This document shows positions 37,377 through 51,442 of a DNA stretch of 64,000 bases, piece after piece. The position numbers were made by a program, and so were the translations under genes. The stretch is from assembly GCF_001194135.2 (NCBI RefSeq), contig NC_068994.1, forward strand, positions 50,957,328 through 51,021,327, in the 5' to 3' direction. The notes under the pieces are model-generated. The model ran no database searches, had not been told where the DNA came from, and saw only the letters and a list, made by a program, of their open reading frames with translations. The DNA comes from Octopus bimaculoides (Eukaryota). Position 1 is the stretch's first letter, and every line of letters starts with the position of its first letter.

Positions 37377-38986
37377 AATTATAATAATAATAATAATAAT
37401 AATTAATTCGTTTTATTGGCCACAGAAGGGAGGGAATTGTTCCTTCGTTTATTTATGTAGAAATACAAAAAAAATCTTCAAATTTCTAAGGAAATGAAAT
37501 GAAATGGAATAAAATACTAAAAAACATACTAGAATATTTACGTTATTACATTTAAGAAATTTTCGTCTGGCACAAGCTTTCTCGAGTGCTTCACCAAAAA
37601 TTCTGAAATGTAATAACATGAATATTATTGTTTATTTTATTCTATTTCATTCTTATTTCATTNNNNNNNNNNNNNNNNNNNNNNNNNNNNNNNNNNNNNN
37701 NNNNNNNNNNNNNNNNNNNNNNNNNNNNNNNNNNNNNNNNNNNNNNNNNNNNNNNNNNNNNNNNNNNNNNNNNNNNNNNNNNNNNNNNNNNNNNNNNNNN
37801 NNNNNNNNNNNNNNNNNNNNNNNNNNNNNNNNNNNNNNNNNNNNNNNNNNNNNNNNNNNNNNNNNNNNNNNNNNNNNNNNNNNNNNNNNNNNNNNNNNNN
37901 NNNNNNNNNNNNNNNNNNNNNNNNNNNNNNNNNNNNNNNNNNNNNNNNNNNNNNNNNNNNNNNNNNNNNNNNNNNNNNNNNNNNNNNNNNNNNNNNNNNN
38001 NNNNNNNNNNNNNNNNNNNNNNNNNNNNNNNNNNNNNNNNNNNNNNNNNNNNNNNNNNNNNNNNNNNNNNNNNNNNNNNNNNNNNNNNNNNNNNNNNNNN
38101 NNNNNNNNNNNNNNNNNNNNNNNNNNNNNNNNNNNNNNNNNNNNNNNNNNNNNNNNNNNNNNNNNNNNNNNNNNNNNNNNNNNNNNNNNNNNNNNNNNNN
38201 NNNNNNNNNNNNNNNNNNNNNNNNNNNNNNNNNNNNNNNNNNNNNNNNNNNNNNNNNNNNNNNNNNNNNNNNNNNNNNNNNNNNNNNNNNNNNNNNNNNN
38301 NNNNNNNNNNNNNNNNNNNNNNNNNNNNNNNNNNNNNNNNNNNNNNNNNNNNNNNNNNNNNNNNNNNNNNNNNNNNNNNNNNNNNNNNNNNNNNNNNNNN
38401 NNNNNNNNNNNNNNNNNNNNNNNNNNNNNNNNNNNNNNNNNNNNNNNNNNNNNNNNNNNNNNNNNNNNNNNNNNNNNNNNNNNNNNNNNNNNNNNNNNNN
38501 NNNNNNNNNNNNNNNNNNNNNNNNNNNNNNNNNNNNNNNNNNNNNNNNNNNNNNNNNNNCTCATAATTTCACATATCATAAAATATATTTTTAATCTTTA
38601 TGATATTGAGTGCTCTTTTTCTGGCATATATATATATATATATATGCGGACTGAGATAATTTATGCTGATACGTTGATGTACATATGAATCTCTACTTAG
38701 ATATATAGATATGACAATGTGTTTAAATGTGTGTGTGTGTGTGTGTGTGTGTGAGTGCTATTTTGGAGTTTCTGTTGAGTCATCAATAACCGATGATGTT
38801 CAGTGTGATGATGATGATGATGATGATAAAGATGGTGGTGTTGGTGGTGATGGTGTTAGTTAGGAAATAAATTATCTTTAGCATTACCTTTCATATGGTT
38901 TCACCAAATGTCTTGCCCTCGCCTTTCTAAACACAAACACACATCTATGCACAGACATACATACATACATTCACACATGTATCCAT

Positions 38987-38997
<11 letters not shown>

Positions 38998-39066
<69 letters not shown>
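38998..39066. repeat. (TA)n microsatellite
   Basis: Direct reading. Confidence 0.95.
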
Positions 39067-39069
<3 letters not shown>

Positions 39070-39924
39070 TTGTTGTGAGCTAAAACCAAGAGATAGATAT
39101 CTGTAGTACAGCATAGTATATATATATATACACACACACATACACACATACACACGTATATAAACACAGACATATATAAATGTCATTGGTTTAAAACTTT
39201 GCTAAACGAAGCAATGAATGGATTCTTTTTTTTCTTTTTTTTCTTTTTACACATTTGATTTATATTTATCTTGTCTTGTATCGATCCTTTCCTCCTCCAT
39301 TCCTCCCCACTTTTTATTCTTTACCATTCTCTCTCTCTTTCTCGTTCCACCTCACTTTTCTTTCTTTTTGCTATCATCTTCTCTAGAGCAGAAGAAAGTG
39401 TTAAATAAAAAGCCTTAAGCCTTTTCAGAATTTTCTGTTTTCCAACTGTTTCCATAAATAAATATTAGCTCTATTCTGAGAACTTCCAACCATTTATTCA
39501 TCAACCCATCCACATTCCTACCAGGAACTTCGCCACTCCTCTCTATAAATATATAAATATAGAAAAAGGAAAGAAACAAAACGAGAAACATATTGGAAAA
39601 GAGAGAACTAGATACAACTACATATCTACATTTCTGAGATGACTTATTATTGATGAAATAAAGTCCTGTAGTTATGTATCATGGGTAGTTAATAGTGTTG
39701 AAAACTTGAAGTATAAACTCAGAGTTCAATTCCAGCTTTGGGATATCTTTTCTTTTGTCTTGCACTTGTTTCAGTCATTAGACTGTGGCCATACTGGGGC
39801 ACCACCTTGAAGAATTTTAGTCAGCTGAATCAATCCCTGGGTTTATTTTTTTAAAGTCTGGTATTTATTCTGTGAATCGTTGGCGATTTTTTTCCTCCGC
39901 TTTCCTTTTCTATTGGACATTCCT

Positions 39925-39959
39925 GTTTCTGAAGAAGAGCCTTGCTCGAAACATTAAAC
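39925..39959 (+). ncRNA. Minimal type I hammerhead motif of Penelope-like-element type
   Basis: GTTT-CTGAAGA-A-GAGC-CTT-GCTC-GAAA-CAT-T-AAAC: intact core, 4-bp stem II and 4-bp stem I. Confidence 0.6.
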
Positions 39960-41069
39960 CATCTTTCTTTCCTTCCCCGAGCATCTGCTAATACTTTACA
40001 TGTACCACATCCTCACATTGTTTTTCTTGGGTGTTCGTTCTTCATTTTTTTTNNNNNNNNNNNNNNNNNNNNNNNNNNNNNNNNNNNNNNNNNNNNNNNN
40101 NNNNNNNNNNNNNNNNNNNNNNNNNNNNATATATATATATATATGATAATGATATATATAGTGTACTGCTCTGTGATGGTAAGATCAATAAAAAAGTACT
40201 CCATCTGCTGAGAGAGAAATTAACACAATATATGTTTTTAAGTGCTACTATTAGTTTCATGTGCTGAGAGCATGCCAGACAATATTTTTTAACATGTCTG
40301 GTGTCCTAGCACAATCATCAGGCACTGCCCATATGGCACAATAAACTAAGAAAAACTAAATATATATATAATGACGGGACTCTTGTAGTTTCTATCAACC
40401 AAACCTAGTCACAAGGCTTTGGCTAGCTAGGTACTATAGTAGAAGACACTTGCCTAAGTTGCCATGCAGTGGGACTGAACCTGAAAACCCAAAACTATGT
40501 GGCTGAGAAGCAAACTTTTTACCACAGAGCCATGCCTGTATCTACACCTACACACAGACAGCATCCGACTATAGAAAATTTGTTTTATTAAACTCCACCA
40601 TGCAGGCATAAGAAAGTGGATGTCAAAACGATAAATATATAAATATATATACACCCACACAAACACACTCAGAAAAACAAACAAAAAGCCAGATATAAAA
40701 AAAATGTCTCATCTAATGAGTTTTGTATTTTGATAAAAATCATTAATTATAAGCACCAGCTTGAGACAATACAAGGAGTAACAGATTAACTGACTGAACA
40801 TGAAAGATGGAATTTTTCACAATCCAAATGTGACCACATCACTGGTTACATCCCAAGGTAATCTGCCACACCCTGCTTCTCAAGTCAGGTACCATAAATT
40901 TCATATTGACAATATCGTACATAAATACACTCGAATTCAGTTTATATTACAGATCTCAGTCTTCTAGGATATTCTATATTTTTCTGTGACTGTTCCAATG
41001 TTTGCTGCTGCTTCCTATCAAGGACAATCCCAGTACCATCTGTCCCCTAAGAACTCCCTGTGGCTCCGG

Positions 41070-41175
41070 TTATTTGCTCATTTTCTCTTTAGTTCGCTTC
41101 ATCTTCTTGTAGTCAGCTTCTTGTGTCTCCATGAATGAATACAAAGCCTTTACTTTCCGCTTGCGTTCCATGTCC
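41070..41175 (-). CDS. NOP14: NOP14 last coding exon DMERKRKVKALYSFMETQEADYKKMKRTKEKMSK*
   Basis: CAG acceptor; TAA stop at 41070-41072. Confidence 0.95.
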
Positions 41176-42649
41176 CTGGAAAATATAACAGACCAATTAC
41201 AAACACAAACATACACACTACACACATATATATACAGTAATTCCTTGCCATATCGTGGTTCACCTATTGCGGTTTATTATTTAAGCTTATGTCAATTCCT
41301 CCGTGGTGTTGTTTTGCAATTATAATAAAATAAATACCGTAAATCCTCAAGTATAGTCCGCAGGGGATTTTTAGGGGGCTGTACCTCTGAAAAACCTACG
41401 CACCCCTTCTCTAACTTGAGTCAAGGAGGTCATTATCATTCAGCCAAAAATGAAATGCAAGCAAGATGAGGTTCGCTGACCTATTTAAGTGAGCAGTGAC
41501 CCTGAATATATACTGATTCCAAACCATGGTAAGCCACGCAATCTATGCCAGCATGGAAAGTAGATGTAACATGATCATTCACACACACACGCGTGCACGT
41601 AATTATATGCTTACCGCATTTTCTGTTCTTCAAGTTGGTGCTTGGCCAAAAACTGTGCATCCTTCTTGATTTCTCGAATGGCACCTTTACTCTCTTGTTT
41701 CACTTTGTACAGCAGTTTCTTTCGTTCGTTCTCTTCAGCACTTCCCGTGGACTTCTTCCTGTAACCCTCTTTCCTGCAATACAGAACAAACAACAATCCA
41801 GTGATTACAAAATATCCTGCTACTCCTCTGTGATTCATAAAAAAAAAAAATTATAATTAAATAAAAAAAAAACAATGTAAAAGAACTGAAAGAATTTGTG
41901 AGAAATTCTATATTTAGAAACAGAATGGATTCTCTGTTTTTTAATCCTATTTTCTTTGTCTCTGTTTCACCATCTCAATTTTAGATATTTAAATTTTTTT
42001 TTTTTGCCTTCTTAAAATACATTTTCCCCACTTCATTTCATCAAATTGTAGGTAGAGAAATATTCATCTGTCTTCTATTCCTCCANNNNNNNNNNNNNNN
42101 NNNNNNNNNNNNNNNNNNNNNNNNNNNNNNNNNNNNNNNNNNNNNNNNNNNNNNNNNNNNNNNNNNNNNNNNNNNNNNNNNNNNNNNNNNNNNNNNNNNN
42201 NNNNNNNNNNNNNNNNNNNNNNNNNNNNNNNNNNNNNNNNNNNNNNNNNNNNNNNNNNNNNNNNNNNNNNNNNNNNNNNNNNNNNNNNNNNNNNNNNNNN
42301 NNNNNNNNNNNNNNNNNNNNNNNNNNNNNNNNNNNNNNNNNNNNNNNNNNNNNNNNNNNNNNNNNNNNNNNNNNNNNNNNNNNNNNNNNNNNNNNNNNNN
42401 NNNNNNNNNNNNNNNNNNNNNNNNNNNNNNNNNNNNNNNNNNNNNNNNNNNNNNNNNNNNNNNNNNNNNNNNNNNNNNNNNNNNNNNNNNNNNNNNNNNN
42501 NNNNNNNNNNNNNNNNNNNNNNNNNNNNNNNNNNNNNNNNNNNNNNNNNNNNNNNNNNNNNNNNNNNNNNNNNNNNNNNNNNNNNNNNNNNNNNNNNNNN
42601 NNNNNNNNNNNNNNNNATTGTGCAGCAGTAAATAACAACAGCAATAATA

Positions 42650-42697
<48 letters not shown>

Positions 42698-45270
42698 GCA
42701 ACAACAACAAGTTCAACCAAGAAATTTGAAATTGTAAAGTCATTGAAAGATCATTGAAAGACAGAAATAGCTGTGAATTTTTATGGCATAGATTCAATAG
42801 TTCTCAAAATGAAACTAATAATAATAATAATAATTATTATTATTATTGTTATTAAATAAAGAAAGAAACAAAACTAAATTCTTGCACTTGATCTTTTGTC
42901 TGTTATTTGGACAGCTTTCATTTTTTTTTTTTCCCCTCCTTTACAAAGATGTCAGCAAAGTGCAAAATTATTAAATGGACGAGGCCCAGTGGGGGTAAAA
43001 AGTCTTTGAAAAATGTCAGAATTTAGAAACAAAACAAAACAAAAAAAATATATATATATATAAAAGAAAAATTATTGTAAAGACATTTGATTGACAAAAT
43101 ATAATTTAGAAACGAAAACAAAAAAAAAACAACACAAATTATATAAAATATTAGTTAACATTGCATGACACAGTTTACATTGGTTCATAAGGAGAAAAAT
43201 TCTTTTGAAAAGTCCTATTCAACATCAACTCAACTCCTACTACTACCACCACCACCACCATGACTACTACTACTACTACTACTACTACTACAAAAGTATC
43301 ATAAATGGGCACAAGGATGACTGCGTGGTCAAGAAGTTCACTTTACGGCCACGTGATTTTGGGTTGAGTCCCAATACACGACACTTTGGGCCAGGTTCTT
43401 CTTCAACAGACCTGGACAGATCCAACCTATTCCTTGTGATTCGATAGACAGAAACTGTGTTGAAGCCCATTTTATAAATGTGTGTGTCTCTTCTCAGTGC
43501 ACTCTGCATGTTAGTGGGAACATTACTGAGTCAAGTGAAAAAGTTTGAGGATCTTGGCAGCCACAAATTCACAAGTGATGGGAAACAGGAGGCTGAACTG
43601 GATGCTAGATTTGCAGGTCGAGCAACTACATGGTAGACGCCTCATCAGTGGAACTTGTGTTGTTTTGTCCAGAGCAGACAAATGATGACATAGTGATGAC
43701 CACATGGAAGGGTGGGGGGGGAAGGGCAGCAGCCCAATGCTGTATGTACATCTCACAGCTAATGCTGTTCAAATATCCTTTCTGTTATAGGCACAAGGCC
43801 TGAAATTTTTTGGGGGGGATAAGTTGATTATATTAACCCCAGTATTCAGCTAGTACTTAGTTTATCGACCCTGAAAGAATGGAAAGGCAAAGTTAACCTC
43901 AGAATGTAAACACAGATGAAATGCCATGAAGCATTTTGCCTGATGAGCTAATGATTCTATCATCTCGCCACCTTTGATGGATTTCAAATATGGCTGTCAT
44001 TTTTGATAACAGGTGCAATGCTTGCATGCATGGGTAAGAAGTTTGCATCGGGATCATGTGGTTGCGGGTTCAATCCAAGTATGTGGTACACTGGACAAAT
44101 GTTCTTATGACCATAAACTCGAGGTCGACCAATGCATTTAGAGTGAAATATGCTGAATGTTAAACTGGAGAGAAAACTACCATGTATGTGTGTGTGTATG
44201 TGTGTGTGGGTGTGCATACACGGAGGATGGGCAAAGAAAACTACATAGTTCTTATCTACTCTAGGCACAAGGCCTGAAATTTGTGGGGAGGGGGTAAGTT
44301 GATCAAATCGACCCCCAATATTTGACTAGTACTTAATTTGTGGACTCCAGAAGGATGAAAGGCAAAGTCGGCCTTGGTGGAATTTGAACTCAGAACGTAA
44401 AAACAGATGAAGTACCGCTAAGCATTTCATCTGGCATGCTAATGTTTCTGCCAGCTCACCGCCTTACTACTTTATTGATAGAAAGAAAGAAAAATGCTTT
44501 ACGGTTATTAAGTTGCAAATACATCCCTTTACTCAAACGTGGACTTAGCCATTTCAGTCAATAAAGAGATAAGTGCTAGACAAAGCAAAACTCACTGAAG
44601 GCTACTGATAATGAAAGAATATTAATAATAATAAAAAAAAGAAAGAAATGAAAAAAGAAAAATGAAAGGAAGAAAGCTTACACTTGTTCAATCTTTGGTT
44701 GAAACAGTTGTAAAGATATGGTCTTCTTCTTAATTTTCTGCACCAGAGCAGAATGGCTGGCTTCCCCGGCAGCACTTATGTCTTGCATCAGTTTGGATAT
44801 TTGTTCCTATTCAACAAGATAATAATGATTATTTCAAATTTTTGCCACAAGGGCAGCTTGGGGGAGGAGGTGGGAGGATAAGTCAATTACATGGACCCCA
44901 TTGTTCAACTGGTACTTATTTTATCAACCCCAAAAGGATGACAGGCAAAGTCAACCTCGGCAGAATTTGAACTCAGAACATAAAGATGGACAAAATGCTG
45001 CTAACCATTTTGCCTAGCGTGCTAACGATTCTGCCAGCTCACCACTTTAATAATAATAATAATAATTCTTTCTACAATAGGCACAAGGCCTATAATTTGT
45101 GGGGAGGGGGTAAGTTGATCAAATCGACCTCCAATATTTGACTGGTACTTAATTTATTGACCCTGAAAGGATGAAAGGCAAAGTTGACCTCAGTGGAATT
45201 TGAACACAGAACATAAAGACAGACGAAATACCGTTAAGCGTTTCACCTGACATGCTAACAATTCACCACC

Positions 45271-45304
<34 letters not shown>

Positions 45305-46163
45305 GAATGACTTTAATATCCACTTTTCCATGCTTGCATGGGTCAGAAGGAATTTGTTGAGGAAGATTTTCTGTGACCAGATGTCATTCCCTGTTGCCAG
45401 CATTCACCTGTTTCCAATTAAGGTAATACTTCTGAATAACCAGAAAGTTTGAGAACAAAGTACACCATTGGCATGACAGTGACACTTGCAAACACACACG
45501 TGATGGGTTTTATTCATTTTCCATCTACCAGGTCCACTTGCAAAGCTTTGGCTGGCCCAGGGCTATAGTAAAAGACACTTGTCCAAGGTGCCATGCACCG
45601 GAAACCATGTGGCTGGGAAACAATCTTCTTACCATACAACCATGTCTGCATTTATACACTGGATAATTCAACCCCAAGTCTTATACGTTAGGGAAAAGGA
45701 CAGGATGGTCACAGTTGGAAGGCAGATAATCATAGCTGTTTGATGGTAGTCACTTGTAGTCCTGGTGGAATAGCTTTGATAATATATTTGATCAATTAAG
45801 GCTGACCTAGGGCTAAACAATGATGATGACAACAGATATTAATCAATGAGGGAACTCCAACATGATTGCTCGACCTGTTAGAAACAGCAGTCAAACTGCC
45901 CTCAAATGATGTCCTACCACCTTAAGTAGAAAGAACACTTTGGATTAAGATGGTTCTAGCTAAATGCAATGTATCCCTGTGTCTGAATAGAAAAACAAGA
46001 TGGGGTGGCCATAATTGGAACAGTTTTGATCAGAGCTGAAATGTGGCCTCAACAACAACAACAACAATGATAATAATAAACAAAATACTAAAGCAGAAAT
46101 ATTAATACCAGTAATAGAATACATTAGTAACTTGGTTTAATTTCTTAGCTACATGTACGTGCA

Positions 46164-46204
<41 letters not shown>

Positions 46205-49200
46205 ATGTGCATGTGTAAGTCTGTGTAATTGCATGTGTTTGTGTGTGTATGTATATGTGTCTGTGTGTGGTTCACATTTGAAAATCAATATAAAGATGAG
46301 AGAGTTGAAAGAGGGATCAGAGAAAGAGGGAGAGATCCCTAAAGGAGACAGCAATTTGGTAGTGCATGTGTGTGTGTGTGTGTGTGTCTGTTAGATGAGA
46401 GAGAGAAAGGGGAGAGGAGAGAAGAGGGAGGGAGGTTTTGTCTGCATAACTGTATAAGGATGATGCCAAATTAATCAAATGCAGATTCTAAAATCAGATC
46501 TTTTAGAAGTACATTACCACCTCCCCCTGCATCTACTCAAACCAACACCACCGCCACCACAACAACAACACCACTGACTACCATCACTGCTGCCAACACT
46601 ACCACATCCAACAATATCTTCACCATCGCCACATACATCTGTAGCACCTTAACCACCATCAACGCCACCACCACCACCACCACCTTCCTAGGCATCCNNN
46701 NNNNNNNNNNNNNNNNNNNNNNNNNNNNNNNNNNNNNNNNNNNNNNNNNNNNNNNNNNNNNNNNNNNNNNNNNNNNNNNNNNNNNNNNNNNNNNNNNNNN
46801 NNNNNNNNNNNNNNNNNNNNNNNNNNNNNNNNNNNNNNNNNNNNNNNNNNNNNNNNNNNNNNNNNNNNNNNNNNNNNNNNNNNNNNNNNNNNNNNNNNNN
46901 NNNNNNNNNNNNNNNNNNNNNNNNNNNNNNNNNNNNNNNNNNNNNNNNNNNNNNNNNNNNNNNNNNNNNNNNNNNNNNNNNNNNNNNNNNNNNNNNNNNN
47001 NNNNNNNNNNNNNNNNNNNNNNNNNNNNNNNNNNNNNNNCCATGGTGGTGTTGATGTTAGTGCTGTAGTGGTTGTGATTTGATGGTAGTGGTGGGGGTGG
47101 ATATGATAGTAGTGTGGTTGGTGTTTGTGTAAGTGCATTGTGAAAGTGAAAGTGCGATAGTTGTTGTTGCTGTTGTTTTGCCCCAGGTCAGTCAGCCCAG
47201 GTCAAGCAGATCTAAGATTAAAAGACATTCCAGATGTGACCATGCCATCACACTATATCATCAAATGTGAAAGGTGGTAACAGGAGGGGGGGATTTGACT
47301 GGTGGCAGTGGCTGTAGTTGTTGTGGTAGTTTGGTAGTGGTAGTTGTGGTGGTTTGGTAGTGGCGGTTGTGGTGGTTTGGTAATTGTAGTGGTTTGGTGG
47401 TGGTGGTTGTGTTTGTGATAGTTTGGTAGTGGCAGTTGTGGTGGTTTGGTAGCAGTGATTTTAGTGGTGGTAGTTTGGTAGCGGTGGTTGTGGTTGCAGG
47501 TGTAATTTGGGTGGTTAGGGTCAGTTCTGATGCAGGAGATATCTGTGCCCAAAGATGTCCCAGCCATGACCACCACACCTTTTATCTAGGACTGACTTCT
47601 CCAGAGTATCCTTGCATTTTTAAAGATAATAAAAGTGTATACATGAGGGAGATTTGGCTGTTCTTTTTAGTGAACATGGCTGGTGTTTGTTGCATCAGTG
47701 GCACAGTGCGATGAGTGTGGTGAGGAGGAGGAGGAGGTGGTGTAGTAGAGAGGAAATCAGGGGTGTGTGGGAATGGGGAAGAGTGGGTAGAAAGAGAAAT
47801 GAAAAAGGAAGGGGTAAGAGATGGGAGAAGTAGAGAGAGAGAGAGAGAGAGAGACACACACACACACAGAGGGGGGATGGAGAAAGGAGACAAGGGGAGA
47901 GGAGGGAGAGAAGAGACAGAGTGAAAAGAATAAGATAGAAAGAGAGGGAGAAAGAAAAGGATGAGAAGGATAGGAAGAGTANNNNNNNNNNNNNNNNNNN
48001 NNNNNNNNNNNNNNNNNNNNNNNNNNNNNNNNNNNNNNNNNNNNNNNNNNNNNNNNNNNNNNNNNNNNNNNNNNNNNNNNNNNNNNNNNNNNNNNNNNNN
48101 NNNNNNNNNNNNNNNNNNNNNNNNNNNNNNNNNNNNNNNNNNNNNNNNNNNNNNNNNNNNNNNNNNNNNNNNNNNNNNNNNNNNNNNNNNNNNNNNNNNN
48201 NNNNNNNNNNNNNNNNNNNNNNNNNNNNNNNNNNNNNNNNNNNNNNNNNNNNNNNNNNNNNNNNNNNNNNNNNNNNNNNNNNNNNNNNNNNNNNNNNNNN
48301 NNNNNNNNNNNNNNNNNNNNNNNNNNNNNNNNNNNNNNNNNNNNNNNNNNNNNNNNNNNNNNNNNNNNNNNNNNNNNNNNNNNNNNNNNNNNNNNNNNNN
48401 NNNNNNNNNNNNNNNNNNNNNNNNNNNNNNNNNNNNNNNNNNNNNNNNNNNNNNNNNNNNNNNNNNNACGATACCCTTAAAGCCAGGAACTTTTCACCAC
48501 CCTCTCATTTATACATATATGTTTGTGTGGCACGTAAAAAACACCTTTTTGAGCGACGCCGTTGCCAGTAACCGTGTGACTGGCCCTCGTGCCAGTGGCA
48601 CGTAAAAGCACCCACTACACTCTCAGAGTGGTTGGCGTTAGGAAGGGCATCCAGCTGTAGAAACTCTGCCAGATCAGATTGGAGCCTGGTGCAGCCATCC
48701 GGTTCACCAGCCCTCAGTCAAATCGTCCAACCCATGCTAGCATGGAAAGCGGACGTTAAAGGATGATGATGATGAATACTCTTCCTATGTAAGGCACAAA
48801 AACCTAAACATCCACACAGAAACATACATCTCCTCACACACACCATCTCTCTCTCTGATATACATACATGCATGCACACACACACACACACACATGCATA
48901 CATACTCACAAACAAATCTTTGTACAATTCCAGTCTTACCAAACTTACTCATGGCCATTCATCAGCCCAAGGTGCCACACAGTGGATGAGGTGGGGCGGG
49001 GTGAGCCACAGACTTGAGGAGCAAACTTCTTAATCATCTAACCAAGCCTGTTATATACGTGTGTGTGTCTTTGTTCCCTGCCACCGCTTGCCAGTGTCGG
49101 TGTGTTTATGGCCCCATAATGTATCAGTTCAGCAAAAGGGATTGATAAAATAAGTACCAGGCCTCAAAAAAATTAGGACTGTGGGGGNNNNNNNNNNCAA

Positions 49201-51410
49201 CTGAGAAAATTTTCACGGCAGTGCCCCAGCATGGCCACAGTCTAATGACTGATAAAAGATACACCAGGTTGAGTTAAAAGCTTTTTTTAGGGGATTTTCA
49301 GATGATTTTGGGAAATGTGAACCTCCATGTTGCATTCTCTTTACTCTTTTACTTGTTTCAGTCACTTGACTGTGGCCATGCTGGAGCACCGCCTTTAGTC
49401 GAGCAAACCGACCCCAGGACTTATTCTTTGTAAGCCTAGTACTTATTCTATCGGTCTCTTTTGCCGAACCGCTAAGTTACAGGAGACATAAACATACCAT
49501 CATCGGTTGTCAAGCGATGGTGGGGGGGACAAATACAGACACACACACGGGCTTCTTTCAGTTTCCGTCTACCAAATCCACTCACAAGGCTTTGGTCGGC
49601 CCGAGGCTATAGTAGAAGACACTTGCCCAAGGTGCCACGCAGTGGGACTGAACCCGGAACCATGTGGCTGGTAAGCAAGCTACTTACCACACAGCCACTC
49701 CTGCGTTCATTTATTTAAATTACAAAATGTTGTTCAATCATCACTGAATTGTTTATTCTTTATTTTACATCTTTTATAAATAAATGGCGAAAAAAAAATT
49801 GCAATTAGAGCCATTTTACGTACCTGTGGAAAAAAGGAGAGAGAGAGGGAGAAAAGAAATGAAGAAAGAAAGAAAGAAAGAAGAAGTTACCTGAATTACT
49901 GGTGGATATTTTTCTGTAGGAAGCTTATTGAGCTGAGTGGTAATTGGTTGGAAAATTGCTGCAAAACTTGGAAGACCAGAATACAATGTAGAGAACTCCT
50001 TGAGCAGACCCACTGCAACATGTATGGCACTCAACCTGTATAAAATGATACATACACATAAAAATACATGTGTGTGTGTGTGTGTGCTACTCTCTTTTTA
50101 CTCTTTTACTTGTTTCAGTCATTTGACTGCGGCCATGCTGGAGCACCACCTTTAGTCGAGCAGGTTTGAACTCAATGAACTGGCTCCTGGAAAATTCAAA
50201 TCCACTCCAAAGGCGGTGCTCCAGTATGGCCGCAGTCAAATGACCGAAACAAGTAAAAGAGAATACATACACACACATGCACACCTCACAATCACATGCA
50301 TACATCTGCACACACACTATATTATAAACATATATATATGTGCATACACACACACACAAGCTCTACACGCATATACATATATTATTTACCTCGACACACA
50401 CTGCAATCATTATCATCATCATCATCATTTAAATATCCATTTTTCCATGCTTGCATGAGTCAGAATGGAATTAGCTGAGGTAGATTTTGCTATGGCCAGG
50501 TGCCTTTCTTGTCACAAACCCTCACCTGTTTCGAAACCAGGTTAGGGTTAGGGTTGATCATGTTTCTACAGACCGGAAATGAACAACACTGAGTTTCGGA
50601 TCAGGTCACTCATTTGTATTTATAGCAAAATGGCAAGACAAAGAGACACAAAGACACACAGTAATATAAACATCCTTTTCTTTTTACTCATTTCAGTCAT
50701 TATACTGTGGCCATGCTGGGGCACTGCCTTGAAGAATTGACTCCAGTACTTATTTGTTTTAAAGCCTGATACTTATTCTATAAGTCTCTTTCGCTGAACT
50801 GCTAAGTTACAGGGATATAAACACACCAATATTGTCAAGTAGTGATTAGGGATAAACACAGACACACACACACAACAGGCTTCGTTCAATTTCTGTCCAC
50901 TGACAAGGCTTTGGGTAGTCCAAGGCTATAATAGCCAATACACACCCAAGGTGCCACATAGCAATGGAGTAGGACTGAACCTGGAACCACATGGTTTAAA
51001 AGTAAGCTTTCTTAACCACGCAGCCATGACACATATAACTCGTCTTGAAAGTGAATGATATCTGAGAACAGGCATCAAGCAATGATCCTCTTTTATAATC
51101 CTCCATGAAACAGATGAGGGTTGATGACGGGAAAGGCATCTAGCCATAGAAAATCTACCTTAATGAATTCTGCCTGACTCTTGCAAGCATGGAAAAAATA
51201 GAAGCTAAAAGAACAATGCTGATACACACACACACACACATTTACATATACACACAAACATATGGAATTAAAAGCTCTTTCCACATACACACATATACAT
51301 TTTCACACATAGATATACATGCACCATATGTTCACATACACTACACCCAACCTCTGTGTGTGTGTGCAAGAGACAGTGTATGTGTGTGCGTGCATGTGTA
51401 TGTACCGTGC

Positions 51411-51442
<32 letters not shown>

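Noticed and set aside
50542-50555. (TTAGGG)2 inside a SINE-rich stretch
   Set aside because: Only two units, consistent with chance or slippage.
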